DNA from: Lama guanicoe
Taxonomy: Eukaryota
Direction of reading: 5' to 3'
DNA length: 64,000 nucleotides
Assembly (NCBI GenBank): GCA_013239625.1
Contig: MU054338.1
Span: 4,812,724-4,876,723, forward strand
This document shows positions 14,043 to 26,700 of this stretch, one piece after another. Both the position numbers and the translations under genes were made by a program. How positions within the stretch are numbered: position 1 is the stretch's first letter; every line of letters begins with the position of its first letter. Under the pieces are notes generated by a model. It was not told the origin of the DNA. It was given only the letters and a program-made list of their open reading frames with translations, and did not search any database.

Positions 14043-14599
14043 GCTCAGAGTTACCCAAGTTTGACTTAGATCCCTCTGGGTCTCCCTAGCTCTGAAATGG
14101 GGGCACTGTTGACAATGCCTCTCAGGGTGTGCGGAGGGTTTTGTCCCATAGCCTCCCAGATGCGCCGTCCGGGTACACACCAGCTGCCCGAAAGCACGTG
14201 TCTATTTTGTTCCTATCAGCCAGTTCCCCGTGGGAACCCAGCAGTTAGGTGGTGGAGCTGCATCACACCGGCGGAATCAGCTCCTGAACATCTCGGTATT
14301 TGTGGGCCCGGGTCTTGCCCCCTGGGAGCCAGGAGCCCCTTCCAAGAAGATTGTTCCCACACCAGATGGCTCTTGATCCCTCCGTGGGAGCCACCGGGAG
14401 GCCCGGAAGCTGCCAGAAGGAATTTCCTCCACTGCATCCCGGTTCTTTGAAGGAGAGTTTGCCTTGGGGTGGTGGCCAGGGGGGCTCTGGGGTCAAGGTT
14501 GGGGGAGAGAGGAAGTCACGTGGGGCCAAGCTCCTAGCGGGGTCTGACATGAGCCAGTGCTGAAGGTCAGGAGATCCCTCGGATCAGGACAGGACAGCA

Positions 14600-15810
14600 C
14601 CGAAGGCACATGGGTGCCACACATGGCCGCACTCGCTCTCACTCTCACGTGGGTACACAGGCACGCTGGGGCCACGCACGTGTCGGTGTGGGCACACGCA
14701 CACGTCTGCACATTAGTAAGCACGCAGACAAGATTACGCTCAGATCACCCATGCAAACACACACACCGACATACCTGGGCCCACGGGGGCACCGTGCGAT
14801 CACGCGCTCACGGAGACGCCCCAACACAGCCACGCGGGCGGGCTCAGGTGCGTGCGTGCGCCCGTTGGGCCGACGCGCATAGATTCCTCCGCACGCAGGT
14901 ACCCCGTGTGGGGGGACACGTGTGGCAGGCACCTTGGCCTCGGACACACGTTCTGACGTGCTCAGCACACACAGGCACATGCACGGCACGTGCAGAGATG
15001 AGCTGTCAGGCTCACACGGACAAACGTCTACGGAGCGCTCTGTGTAGGGGGGAGGGCCTCCGTGCGCGGCTCTTGGGGTCCGTGGGGGTTAATAAAACCA
15101 GCTGGTCTTGCCCCGCGGGCCTGCGGAGACAGAGCGGGGGGCGCAGCGGCGACCCTCAGCCCTCCTGCCAACACAGACCTCAGGTGCTGAGAAGAGCCGG
15201 GGAGAGGCAGTGTCCGAAGGGGTCCACCGGGGCGGGGGGGGCGGGNNNNNNNNNNNNNNNNNNNNNNNNNNNNNNNNNNNNNNNNNNNNNNNNNNNNNNN
15301 CGGGGGGAGCGGGGAGCCAGGGGGGGCGACTTCCAGGTGAGGCTTCGACGGTGGGTGGGCTGTTTCGCAGACACGCACACATGCCGCGCCCGGGACACGC
15401 GCACACGCTGGGAGACACACACACGCGTTTGCGCCCCCACCTCCCTCGCCCCCCCACCCCCCGCACTTTCCCCGCACGATTTTTATCCCCGAAGTAGCGG
15501 GAAGAGCCCCGGAGGACTCCAGGGGAGAGGACGAGTCAAAGGGCCACAGAGCCGCGCCTCCACGCCTCTCTTCCGGCCTGCAGTCCGAGGGCTCTCCCGC
15601 CTCCTCGGCGCCCCTACGTGGGGGTCCCTCGAGTATCTCGCACCCCGCACGCTCACACCCAGCGTCTGGCCTTCCCCGCAGCCGGCTGCTCCTCCGTCTT
15701 CTGCGTCTCAGTCCCCTGGACCAGAGCGGGCCCGCGCTCTCATCCAGGCTCCGGCTCTCCCCACCACTAGCTGTCCTCCCCGAAGCAGCCACCAGAGGGC
15801 GCTGTGAGCA
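14600..15810. promoter_or_regulatory. CpG-rich island containing a 55-N assembly gap (15246-15300)
   Basis: high GC and CpG density; G-runs flank the gap; strong donor-like CAG|GTGAGG at 15336/15337. Confidence 0.55.
15788..15804 (+). promoter_or_regulatory. CTCF motif
   Basis: GCCACCAGAGGGCGCTG matches the CTCF core consensus. Confidence 0.6.
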
Positions 15811-16250
15811 CTCGAATCAGGTCCTGTCTCTCCTCTGCCCACAGCTCTCCAGGGCTCTTACCTCCCTGGGGGTAGAAGCCTGAGTCCTCATCTCGGTCTA
15901 CAAGGCCCTGCATACGCCCTTGTCCTCCCCCTGCCTCACCTCCTTCCTCTCTCCCTCGGCTCACCCTGCTCCCGCTACACAGGCCTCCTTGCTGGTCCTC
16001 CAACAAGACAGGCACAGCACTGCCCCAGGACCTTTGCACAAGCTGTTCCCTCTGTCCAGGTCATCCTTCTCCCTGATATTCCAATGTCTCACTCCTTTAA
16101 CTTCCTTTGGTCTTCATCTTTATTCTCTGTCCCTTGCCACTCGAAAGGTCACTCCAGACAGGGATGTCTGTGGGCTTCATTCTCTGCTGCTGTACCAGTT
16201 CCAAATGGTGCCAGTGCCAGGTATATATTCCATAAATATCCGTTAAATGG
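15805..16250. mobile_element. L2 fragment
   Basis: cacaggcctccttgctggtcctc...ggacctttgcacaagctgttccctctg typical of L2; other L2 pieces at about 780-1160, 17270-17750 and 23900-24420. Confidence 0.65.
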
Positions 16251-19200
16251 TGAGTAAAGGTTAGACATTCTTGTTGCTATTCTTAATCTATTTTTTGTCT
16301 GTCACTTCCCCCGGGACAGGGGCTTGCTCCTCCTTTTAACAAATATTTATTGAGCACCTGCTGTGTGCTCAATACAAAGGAAAAAGGCAAAAAACCCAGA
16401 AAACCTGCTTTCAAATGCAGAAGGCAGATCGATGTATACAAAACAAGAAATGATTTCAGACACTGGCAGGAAAATATAGACAGGAGAAAATGAAACAGGG
16501 AGGAGGTTTGCAGAGTGGCTGGAGGAGAGGCAGAGAAGCTGGAAGATGGGGTGAGGGAGGGGGACAACGTTAAATCAGGCTGGCGCTGTCACTGCAGTTC
16601 CAGCTGTCATGGGCAAATGAATGAATGAAGAAACACACACAGAAGCAGAAGTATGTGCTCCATCCAGCAGGCAAGACGCACACCCCAGGGCCATGTGCAC
16701 ACACACCCCCTCCCCCGCAGACCTGGGCTTCCTTGACCCCTGAGTCCAGGAGGGCGTGGGAAGAAAGGTCCCTGTGGCTGAGACGCCCTGCCCTTCCTGC
16801 AGGGTTCCCAGACGCCCCGCCATGGGCTCCCCCGGAGGAAAAGGAAGAGCGTCAGCCCGGGGCAGCCTCTGCCTGGTGGGCCAGCTGCTGGGGTGGGGGG
16901 CCTTCTTCCCGGCCCTCTCCCTTCCAGGGTGACCGGAGGAGTTGCTGGAAAATTCCAGGCACAAGAAATGCAAAGGGGGAAATGGTGGGAATCAGACTGG
17001 GATGTTACACCCACAGACTAGCGGGAACTGAGGCCATGCGTCCAGAGCGCTGACCCAGGAGCCTCCCCCAGGGCCTGCCTGCTGGGGAACCAGGCTCCGA
17101 GCCAGGAGGCAGCCCCGAAATCCAGCTCGTCCTGCCTCCTGTATCCCCCACAAAGCCACCCCCGTCTGTCCTCCCTGTGCTGGTGCTAAGCGGCTGCTCT
17201 CTCCTTATGGGTAACAGCACTCCCCGCTAACCTGCCTTCCGCCTTCCTGGTGGCACCCCCTCTCCAGTCTCCCCCCACCCAGCCAGGGGCATCTTTCTAA
17301 AACAAAGCCTAGACTCTGCCGGCCACCCCCTGCATAAAGCCTCCCATGGCTCCCCCATTGCCCTGGCAGCAAAATCTAAATTCTTTCCAAACCCACGTCC
17401 TCCGACCCAGCACAGCATGGCCTCTGCCTCCAGCTTCCTTCGTTATGGCTTCTGCCTCTGTGGTTCTCATTGCTGCAGGCAGGACGAATCACTCTGTGTT
17501 CCCCTGCAGCTTGTCCCAGGGTCCCCCAGCCTCAGGCATCCTTCAAGTGTCTGCTGAGCATCGCTCCCAGAAGAGGCCTTCCTGAACTCCCAAGTCCGAG
17601 TTCACCCAGGTTCCCATGGGAGCACATGCCATGCTGCTTTGTTCTCACCCGGATCTCTGTCTCCCCAGCAGACTTGAGCTCTGCAGGGGCCTCCCGCACG
17701 TGGCACAGCGTCTGGTCCAGAAGAGATGCCTGCTAGATAACACTCGGTGTCCTGCACAGGGAGGTGGGTTTCAGGCCGACTGTGCCAGGCAGGGGCCAGC
17801 CTGCTGCTGGCCTAACCCCTGTCCCCTGGTTGAGGGGGGTGGGCGGCTACTAGCCACTTCCTGGTAGCTCTTCACTGTCCACACTGAGGGTGGACATAGA
17901 CGTCTTCTGTTTCCTTAGCCAAAACGATCTTCATGGGCCAAAAAAGCAACTTTCCCAGCGGTGCAAAATGCAGAATTAGAGTCTAAACATGAAAAGCCGA
18001 ACTCCCCCTAGCAGGGGTGTGGGGCTTGGATGATCCCGGTGCCAGGATGCTCACTACCTCTCACCGTTGATGACTCTGATCGTTGGAAGGTAGGTTTTGG
18101 CCCCATCTCTCTCCAGCCTCTGTGTACCCCTCCCAGCAGCCGAGGTCAACCCTTGCCCTGCCGCAGACAAACCTCAAGAGGGAGCTTTGGCTGGAAGAAG
18201 TCACAGAACTCGAAGTCACGTGGTGAGATGCTGGCGAGGACAGCAGTGCCCCAGTGATGTCCAGGAAGGCTGAAGACCCGAGCTGGGGGACCCTTGTGGA
18301 GAACGCAGTGGTGGGAAAGGAGCAGCTGGGGCATGGCTCTGCGTCCCCTGGCGTGTCTCCCGTGGGTGCGGGGTGGGCAGAGGCCATCCACGCCACCAGC
18401 CACATGAGTCCAGAGCCAGGCAGGGCCAGCAGTTCAAGCGCATGGGCGGCGCCCCCAACCTGGCGGCTGACGCAGCTCTCTTGAGGCTGTCTCTTTTAAT
18501 GTGCCCTTAGTCAGGCAGATGCGCTAAACGTTCTGCCCATCACAGCCCCTGGTGGGCAGGGTGTCACAAGGCCTCACCTCACTGACCCTCAGTTTCCTCA
18601 TCTGCAAAATGGGGCCCCTGGGACCCACCTCCCAGGGTAGCTGTGGAGATTCAGTAAGTCACAGAGAAGGTGCTCACAGAGTGATGACCCGTCTTGTACG
18701 ATGCGTAACCAGCCCTGGAAGCCGCTGCAGGACGCATCTTCCAATTGGAAGTATGTAAGGATACGATACCACGCTTCTGTGGGCATCTCGTTATGAGAAC
18801 GTTGGTTTCTTGGGTTATATTAAGATGCGGTTTTCCTGTTGAAGACTCTCAAGTCCTCTGTGGTTTCTCTGGGGTTTCAGCAGCAGAGGAAGGAGCGGGT
18901 CCTCGGTGAGGAGGCGGCAGGAGAAGGAGCCCAGCCTCCCCCACCTCACGGTGTCGTCTCAACTTGGAAACCAGCCCCCGGGAGGTCAGGGGTCACCCCA
19001 AAGTGTCCCCCAGAAGGGCTGCCACAATTGGCAAATAAAAATATAAGCTGTCCAGTTGCCTGTATTTTATCCGGCAACGCTGAGTCTACAGGCGTGCTAG
19101 GGACCCTCTCCTGTCTGAATAAATAACGTGTCCTAGGTATATGCTGGTCTATTTTTGTAAGGGCGGGGGTGGGCGCTGTTTTGCAAAAATACAAATTGAT

Positions 19201-19297
19201 GAAAGGCATTAATGAACTAATCTTAGCTTTGGTTTTTCACTTAAAAATAGTTGTATTTAACAAACAAAAAAATAGTTGTATTTATATTCCAAAACTT

Positions 19298-19416
19298 AGC
19301 CTGCAGCTCTCCGTATTAGCATGTGGTCTCCCATCCAAGTACTTACCAAGCCCCATCCTGCTTAGCTTCCGAGACCAAAGGAGATTAGACACATTCAGAG
19401 TGGTATCGCCATAGAG
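19298..19416 (-). pseudogene. 5S rRNA pseudogene (full-length retrocopy)
   Basis: 119 nt colinear with the reverse complement of 5S rRNA (ggtctcccatccaagtact.accaag.ccc..cctgcttagcttccgag...ttcag.gtggtat.gcc.taga), many substitutions, single copy. Confidence 0.9.
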
Positions 19417-19824
19417 TAATTTTAGCTTTTTGCACACACACACACACAGAGTTATGCAGTTGAAAGGGGACCAGAAGAAAAATATTCCAACACAGGGACT
19501 TGCAAGTGCAAAGGCCCTGAGGCTGGAAAGCTGTTGGTAGAGGAAGCTGTGAGACGGCCTGCCTGCTGTCTACACTGCTGCCATATCCTGTTCCGAGCCC
19601 TTTATCTGCATCATTTCATCTAAACCTATGACACGGGACTGTTACAGAGGGGCAACTGCAGCACGGAGGTAGGTGCTTGTCCACACAGGTGCACAGCAAG
19701 GAATTGGCAGAATCAGGAGTTGAACCCAGACCCCCACACTCTTAACCCCCGCAGACTCTATCACCTTCACTCTCCATCTGTGGATATTAAAAGCCCCAGT
19801 AGAAATCATCCACATTTTCTGATG

Positions 19825-21090
19825 TTACAGGTATAGACAACAAACTAGTAGCTACCAGTGAGGAGAGGGAAGGGGTGAGGGGCAAGACAGGGGTAGGTGA
19901 TTAAGAGACGCAAACCACGTATAAAATAATTAAGCTATAAGGATATATTATACACTGCAGGGAATATAGCCAATATTTTATAACAATTTTAAATGGAGTA
20001 TGATCTATAAAAATATTGAATCACGATGTTGTACATGTCAGTAATGTTATCAATCAACTATACTTCAATTAAAAAAGAAAGAAATCAACATCGATAAAAG
20101 TAACCATTAAAATTTTTTTCGGATGCTATAACAATGAAAAACCACTTACAGAGCAACTGGAATGGCTAAAATTAGTAAATGACAAAACCAAGTGCTGACA
20201 AGGCTGTGGGGCAACCAGAACTCTCAAACATTGCTGACGGAAATCCAGAAGGGTGCATTATTAATCCCATTTTGTTAAACAGTTTAAACCTTTCTTATCA
20301 AGGTGAATATGTATTTAGCATATGACTCAGCAATGCCACTTCTAGATGTTGTCCCAAGAGAAATGAAAACTTGTGTTCACACAGAAACTTTGACACAAAT
20401 GTCTATTCAAAATCGCCAACAACTGGATACAATCTAAATGCCCTTCAATGGGTGAATGAATAAACAAAACAGTGGTACGGCATACAATGGAATACCACGC
20501 AGAGATAAAGGGGATCACTGACACACACAGCAACATGGGCAAATCTCAAACTCATTACACTGAGTGGAAGTAGTCAGACAAAGCTAAAAAGCTGAATGAT
20601 TCCGTTTATATAATATCCTGGAAAAGACAAAACTATAGGGACAGAGAAGAAATCAGTAATTTCCAGGGCTAAGGAAAGAGGATGTCTGCAAAAGGCACGA
20701 GGGACTTTGTTGGGGGCAACTGAATTGTTCTATGTCCTGATTATGATAGTGGATATACGACTGTCTGGATTAGCCAAAACTCATGGAAGAGTTAAATTTG
20801 GGAGTTTGACATTTGCAAATGTTAACCACTATACATAAAAATAGGTAAAAAAAACAAATTTCTTCTGTATAGCACAAGGAACTATATTCAAAATCTTGTA
20901 ATAACCTTTAATGAAAAAGAATGTGAAAATGAATATATGTATATATACATGCATGACTGGGACATTATGCTGGACATGAGATTGACACATTGTAATTGAC
21001 TATACTCAACTAAAAAAATTTTTTAAACTCAGAACTGTAAGCTAAAAGGATTGAATTTTACTATATGTAAATCATGTCTCAGTTTTTAAA
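19825..21090 (+). mobile_element. cluster of L1 3' ends, with a younger L1 (about 20790-21020) nested in an older L1
   Basis: L1 3'UTR motifs and A tails; aaactca repeated on both sides of the nested copy. Confidence 0.7.
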
Positions 21091-21241
21091 CACTGAAAAA
21101 GTGGGGAGCCTATACTCAGAAAATGGGACCCTATTGGGTATCTTCCTCCTCGGGTCTTGTATGAACGGGATGGGAAATCCTAGAACATAAGCTCTACTTC
21201 TGAAACAGGATGCCAGGGAGCATGACAGAGATGCTAAGGGC

Positions 21242-21689
21242 TGTTGACCTAAAACAATCAAACAATCAGTTACTTTATCAGCAAAATGGGTTTATTCAGG
21301 TACAGCAAAGAAATTTGGAACACACAACCTATGTCAAGTCACAGGCAAATCCAGAGAACGAAGGAGAGGAACCTTCTTTTATAGAGAAGGGGAAGTTGGG
21401 CGGGGCTGTTATGAACCAAAAGTCCATTGGACGAAACTGGGGAGCTCGAAGTATCATGACTTTTTATTGGCTGAGTTGTGACAGACTCTCACTGGCTGAG
21501 CTGTTGCTGGGCAAGAAGAAATCCCTCCTTCGCCCTGCTGGCTAGCAAAGCAGTAACCTTTCTGCTGGGGATGCAAAGGAATACCTTTTCCTGTTGGTGA
21601 TGCGATTGACAGAGTGATAGGGCATGAGAGCTCTTCCTTCTGGCCTCCTGACTCCATTTTTAATGAGGTTTTCTGTTTATTAATTTTCA
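21242..21689 (-). mobile_element. solo ERV LTR, family undetermined
   Basis: TG...CA termini, about 450 bp, minus-strand AATAAA (tttatt at 21291), aaaatggagtc-type LTR start motif on the minus strand. Confidence 0.55.
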
Positions 21690-22470
21690 CCCAGGCAGCC
21701 TCAGCTGTTTACCGTCTAGCCATGATAGGGGAAGAGTTTCTAAGTATGTGATAATATGCGCCAGTACCCTTTTCTCTGCATCTCTGTCCGCAGTAGGTGT
21801 TACCACTTTTTAACATTTTTATCACTTTCTAAAACATATTTTATGACAATTGCTTCAAAAAACCTTTGTTCAATTTTAGAAAATATTGGATTTCCAATAT
21901 CAGGGACAAATTAAACCTGTAGGACTTCACCAATTTCCTGATTTCCGCTACAATTTCAACTACAATAAGATGATAATTAAATACGTGTTTCCACTCTTTT
22001 GTTGTCGTTTTTGCCACTCGCTTGGGTGTGAAGTGATCCCTCGCTGTTACTAAAGTGCACGCTCTCTGGGCTCCTGTGACTACACTTTCACGTGTTCTTT
22101 GGCACTTGGTTCAGGGAAGGGCCTCTTCACAACTTTTCTAAATTTTATGTTTATCTTCTTTGTCTTTTTCTCACCAATGTGTAGAAACTCTTTACATTTG
22201 TATATAAAGGTACGCACCATTCTCAAACAGCTAATTGATCTTTACTGACTCTTTGGTTTATAATACTATTTCCCTAAAATTTTGTAGATTTGTATATAAT
22301 CATATATTTCTGTCTTTTCACACATGTCTTCCAAATTTCCTGCCTTAGAATTTTTTAAAAAGCAAATTTTTAACCCTAAGTTGTAAAAGTAGCCTTGAAA
22401 TTCCTTCCACAATGTATATGGGGGGGGGGTCGGTTTCCTTGTAGTCTTTGCTGGAGACGCCCTGGGAAAG

Positions 22471-22487
22471 CACTGCCCTCTAGTGGC
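22471..22487 (-). promoter_or_regulatory. CTCF motif
   Basis: reverse complement GCCACTAGAGGGCAGTG. Confidence 0.55.
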
Positions 22488-22579
22488 TATGAAAGTGATA
22501 GCAGCTACAATCCGAAATAAAAACCATCTCTTGAAGCTAAAAACAAGATCCATTCTCAGGTTTAGGCTTAAACTCTCCA

Positions 22580-23290
22580 GCAGCAGATACCCAAAGGGAT
22601 TGAAATCAAGGACTCAAACAGATATTTGCACACCCGTGTTCATATCAGCATTATCACAATAGCCAAAAGATGGACACAACCCAAGTGTCCGTCGACAGAT
22701 AAATGGATGAACAAACGTGGTCCATCCACACGCAGTGGAATATTATTCACATTATTCAGCCTTAAAAAGGAAGGGCACCCTGACACCTGCTCCACCATGG
22801 ATGAAACGTGAGGGCATTACGCTCAGTGAAATAAACCAGACACAAAGGGACATATACTGCTTTTTCTTTTCTTAGCCCTTTTCTTTTTATTTACTTATTT
22901 ATTTTTAAGTGTTTTGTTTTGTTTTGTTTTTCTTAATGGAAGGAAGTGGGGATTGAACCCAGGACCTCGTGCAAGCTAAGAGTGTGCTCTGCCACTGAGC
23001 TATACCCACCCTACCCCCAGGACAAATATTGTTTGATTCCACTAATATGAGCTCCCTAGAGGAGAAAAATTCACGGAGATGGAAAGTTAAACAGATGTCA
23101 CTAGGGGCTGGGGAGGGGGGTGGGGCGTCAGTGTTTCATGGGGGCAGAGTTTCAGTTTGGGAAGATGAGAAAGTCCTGGAGATGGGTGGTGTGATTGCAC
23201 AACCATGTGAAATGCACTTAATGCCACTGAACTGCACACTTAAAAATAGTTAGAATGGCACATTTTACATTATGGATATTTCACCATCAA
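22580..23290 (+). mobile_element. L1MB-like 3' end with a nested minus-strand Vic-1-like SINE (about 22860-23018)
   Basis: ORF2 C-terminal peptide (IAKRWTQPKCPSTDKW); SINE flanked by ggaca(t/a)ata(c/t)tg. Confidence 0.8.
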
Positions 23291-23639
23291 GGGAAGCAGG
23301 AAAGGGTGGCACGGGTAGAGGGGTGCCCTTGTGGAGGTGAGACAGGGTAGTGGGTGGGGACAGGGGAGCCAGGTGCACACAGCTGGGGGGTCTGCATCCA
23401 GGAGGCCAGTGGGGGCCTCAGCAGGGAGCCGACGGCGCAGTGGGGATGGAGGCCAGGGTGCAGGGGGTGAGGAAGCCCAGACTGAAGCACTTGGACCATA
23501 AGAGGGAGGAGCAGGACAGGGGGGCAGGGAGGGGGCCATGGAGTCAGGAGAGAAGCCTGAGAAAGTTTAAGTTCTGGGGAGGCAGAGCCTGGAAAGGGGA
23601 AAGGAAGAAGAGCGATGGAGAGAAGAGCAAGGTAGAGGA

Positions 23640-23653
23640 GAGAGAGACAGAGA

Positions 23654-23707
<54 letters not shown>

Positions 23708-23708
23708 A
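23640..23708. repeat. (GA)n microsatellite
   Basis: direct reading. Confidence 0.9.
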
Positions 23709-24981
23709 AGAGGAGGAAAGGTGAAGTGAGCCAGGAAGACAGAGAGTCAGAGAGCAGCCCCTTTCTGTCCTGGGTTCAGGATCCTGAACCCGCCTTCCCC
23801 CCCATCACTGCCTTGTGATGGCATCTGTGTGGGTCTCTGAGCCTCCTGCCCACTCTGAGCCACCTTGTCGCCAGCTCTGCCCGTTCATTCCCTGCTTGAG
23901 CCCCTCCCGTGGTGCCCATCCATCGCACCTACAGTCTGGGTCCCCAGGGTCCTGCAGGTCTGAGCCCTGCCAGCCTCACTGCCTCTGACCATCCCCACCA
24001 GCCTCCCTTTATTCCTCACACGCATCAAACTCAGTCCTGCCTCCAGGCTTTTGCCCCTGCAGGTCCTGCCACCTGAAATGCCCTTTCCCCAGATTTTCAT
24101 TTACATGCCTGGCTTCTTCTGGGCGGGCACTTGGGTCTCAGCTCCCTGGGCCTCCCCCACCCCCACTCTCACCCCCACCCCCGCTAAAGCAGCCACCACC
24201 CCCACCCAGTCTCTGTCACACCATGGTGTTTACTTCCTGTCCCAGCAAAAAACACCATCAGAAGCTACCACGTGGGTCTGTTTCCTGGTTCACAGTCTGC
24301 CTCCCCCACTGAACCGTGAGCTGCCCCAGAGCAGGGGGCTGCGTCTGCCTTGCTCCTCCGTAATCCCCGCCTCCAAAAGGGCCTGGCAGACAGTGGGCAC
24401 TCAGTGGGCATTGCAGTAAATAATCAACTGGTTACAGAATGTGTCATGCACACGAATCTGTGTGCTTTCATGTCTCCTCGTGTCCCAGGTGTATCCACAT
24501 TGGTACATTTCTGTGCACAATCCTGTGTGTGTCCCTGAGGACAAGCATGGAGCTCTGGGTCACAGTGGGTTTGTGTTAAAGGGTCTCTGGGTCTGGGGGT
24601 TTGTGGTTTTGAGGGAGTGTCACACGGCAACCAGTGTTTCCCTGTCTTCATGTGTGTTCTCACAGGTGCCCAGCGTCTGCTCTTGGCTGTGTCTGTGTGT
24701 GTGAGTGACTGTGTGACGCCTTGTCTGTCCAGAGGTGTCCACTGTGTGTGCACGCGCGCCTTCACGTCCGTTCTGTGTGTCCGCATGGCGGCGCGGGCTC
24801 GTGTGTGACCACGCGTCTGTGTTAGTGCCTCCTTGCCCGCCCCCTCTGGGTGCATCTCTGCAGATTCACGATGTGCCTGCGAACCTCTCTGGTGTCCTGC
24901 ATGTTTCTCCGTGGGCTCCTGCATTCACGTGTGTGACTGTCTGTGGTGTCACGAGTGCACGTGTGCGTGCCCTGTGGGTGG

Positions 24982-25550
24982 CAGTGTGCTGGTAAATGGC
25001 TAACAGCCAGCTCTCAGGTGGGGGCCACTGATTTGTAACATCTGCCCATTTGCATGCTGTCAATACCCTCCCCGGGGTCGATTTCAAAGGACCAGCGTGA
25101 TGTCACTGAAGGTGAAATTGCAAAGGCGTGGCACAGCATATATCTTGATGGACAGATGTACATAGATACGTAGGTATAAAGCAGTATGGAATGCCTGTAT
25201 GTGCTGTGTCCATCAAACAGTTTCAGCACCTATAAATAGCTTCAGGAGCACGACTAAGCAAAAAAGGTACCCAAACAACTAGGAAGTGAGGAATCGCTTC
25301 TTTTTAATTTTATTGTGGTAAAACACACAAGACACAGAACTTACCACTTGAACCACACTGAAGCGGGCAGTTCAGTGGCACTAGCGACACGGTGATGGAT
25401 TTAAGGGATCATTACTTTGGTTCTTAATGTAATTTAACCACAAATTCATATGGCTACACTTTTTTACGATGGCGGCTTATAACCACCGGCTCACAAAATT
25501 CCTACACATTTAACAACCGGCTCTCAGGAGCCGAGAGGGCTGGCTCTGCC
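24982..25550. mobile_element. hAT DNA transposon fragments (MER63-like), interrupted
   Basis: cagtgtgctggtaaat...and accggctcacaaaattcct...aacaaccggctctc...gagcc; similar piece at about 4500-4660; family name from recall. Confidence 0.45.
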
Positions 25551-26149
25551 TGTCTCCGTGTCTCCTCACGGGCTCCCGCTGGCCTCAGCGTCCAGGTGTG
25601 TGTCCCGTGCGTGCGGCTCCATGAGTTTGCTTGCATAATGCTGTGTGTGCCTGTGCGCTGACCTGTCTCCGAGCGTAAAGGAGCTTAGGTGTGTCTTGCA
25701 CGCACGCAGACGTGTCCGCGGGGCAGACCGCCCTGTCCTGACACCCCCGTGTCTTCTGGACCCACAGGCGTCTCGGCACCCGCAGGCCAGGGAGCCCGTG
25801 TCTCCCTGCAGGGACCCGCGTGCCCGAGTCCCCGCTGCAGCGGCCTGCTGGAGCCAAGCCTGAGCACTTCTTCCTGACCCCACCCTGACCGACTTCAGGT
25901 CAGCAGTTGCAATCAGCCGTGATGGGAGTGTTTCCATCACAGCAACCAGCAAATACTCCACATCTGGGGTTTCTGGGGTTTTTTCGGTCACGAGAGGTGG
26001 TTGTTGGGGGGAGGGTGGAGCTCAGGGGTGGGCGTGTGCTCAGCATGCACGAGGTCCTGCGTTCCATCCCCAGGACGGCCACTGTTTTCAAAAAGTTAAG
26101 TAAAACTACCTCCCCCGCAAAGAAAATTTAAACATAATTAAAAAAAAAA

Positions 26150-26700
26150 AAAAGAGAGAGGGAAGTGCCTGTTACACCTTTAGCAGCGCAGCACGCGGCC
26201 CCGGCGTGCGAGCGTCTCGCGCAGCTGTGTGCGCGCCGTGTGCTCGGGTGAGGCCCCAGCGCCCCGTTCGCCTCGGCAGTTGGTGCCACAGGAAGCTGCC
26301 GGGCTGGGCGGTGGGTGCTGAGGCTCCCCCACCCCTGCGCCCGGTTCCCTGCCCCGCCTCCTCAAGACACCCACACGGCCCGGCGCCGGGCCGAGGGGGC
26401 GGGCTCCCCCCTCTAAAGCCGGTCCTGTGCGGGGCGCAGACCCCCTGCCTCTGCCGCAGCCTGGGGGTGCAGGCGCCAGCCAGGCGGGCACGCAGCTGAG
26501 GAAGAGGAAGCCGGGGCAGAGTTGGGTCACCCTGCGGTTACCCCGGGCCCTGGCCCGCAGAAGCTCCCCAGCCCTGGGCGGGTCAAAGCCCTAACCCTGG
26601 GTCGTGGGGGCTGCAGGAGCCCGCAGCCGGGCTGGGAACCCACAGCAGCGAGGACAAGGCTCCGTCTGGTGAGTGACCATCACCGGGGAGTGGGGGACAG
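26150..26700 (+). promoter_or_regulatory. ARHGEF18: CpG-rich candidate distal promoter / non-coding first exon(s) of long ARHGEF18
   Basis: CpG-rich; ETS/PU.1-like GGGAAGTG (26160) and GAGGAAGAGGAAG (26498); donors CGG|GTGAGG (26247) and CTG|GTGAGT (26668); about 13 kb upstream of the ATG exon. Confidence 0.5.

Noticed and set aside
14557..15807. 416-aa + strand ORF (and the 254-aa minus ORF 15028-15792)
   Set aside because: Spans an N gap; built from CA/CG low-complexity and GC-rich sequence poor in stop codons; no recognisable domain
14216..18484. exon-like GC-rich segments at about 14220-14450 and 18166-18480
   Set aside because: Plausible splice-like dinucleotides, but no frame gives a recognisable protein and I cannot chain them into a gene
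19298..19416. functional 5S rRNA gene
   Set aside because: Solitary, many substitutions including CpG decay, TSD-flanked; pseudogene
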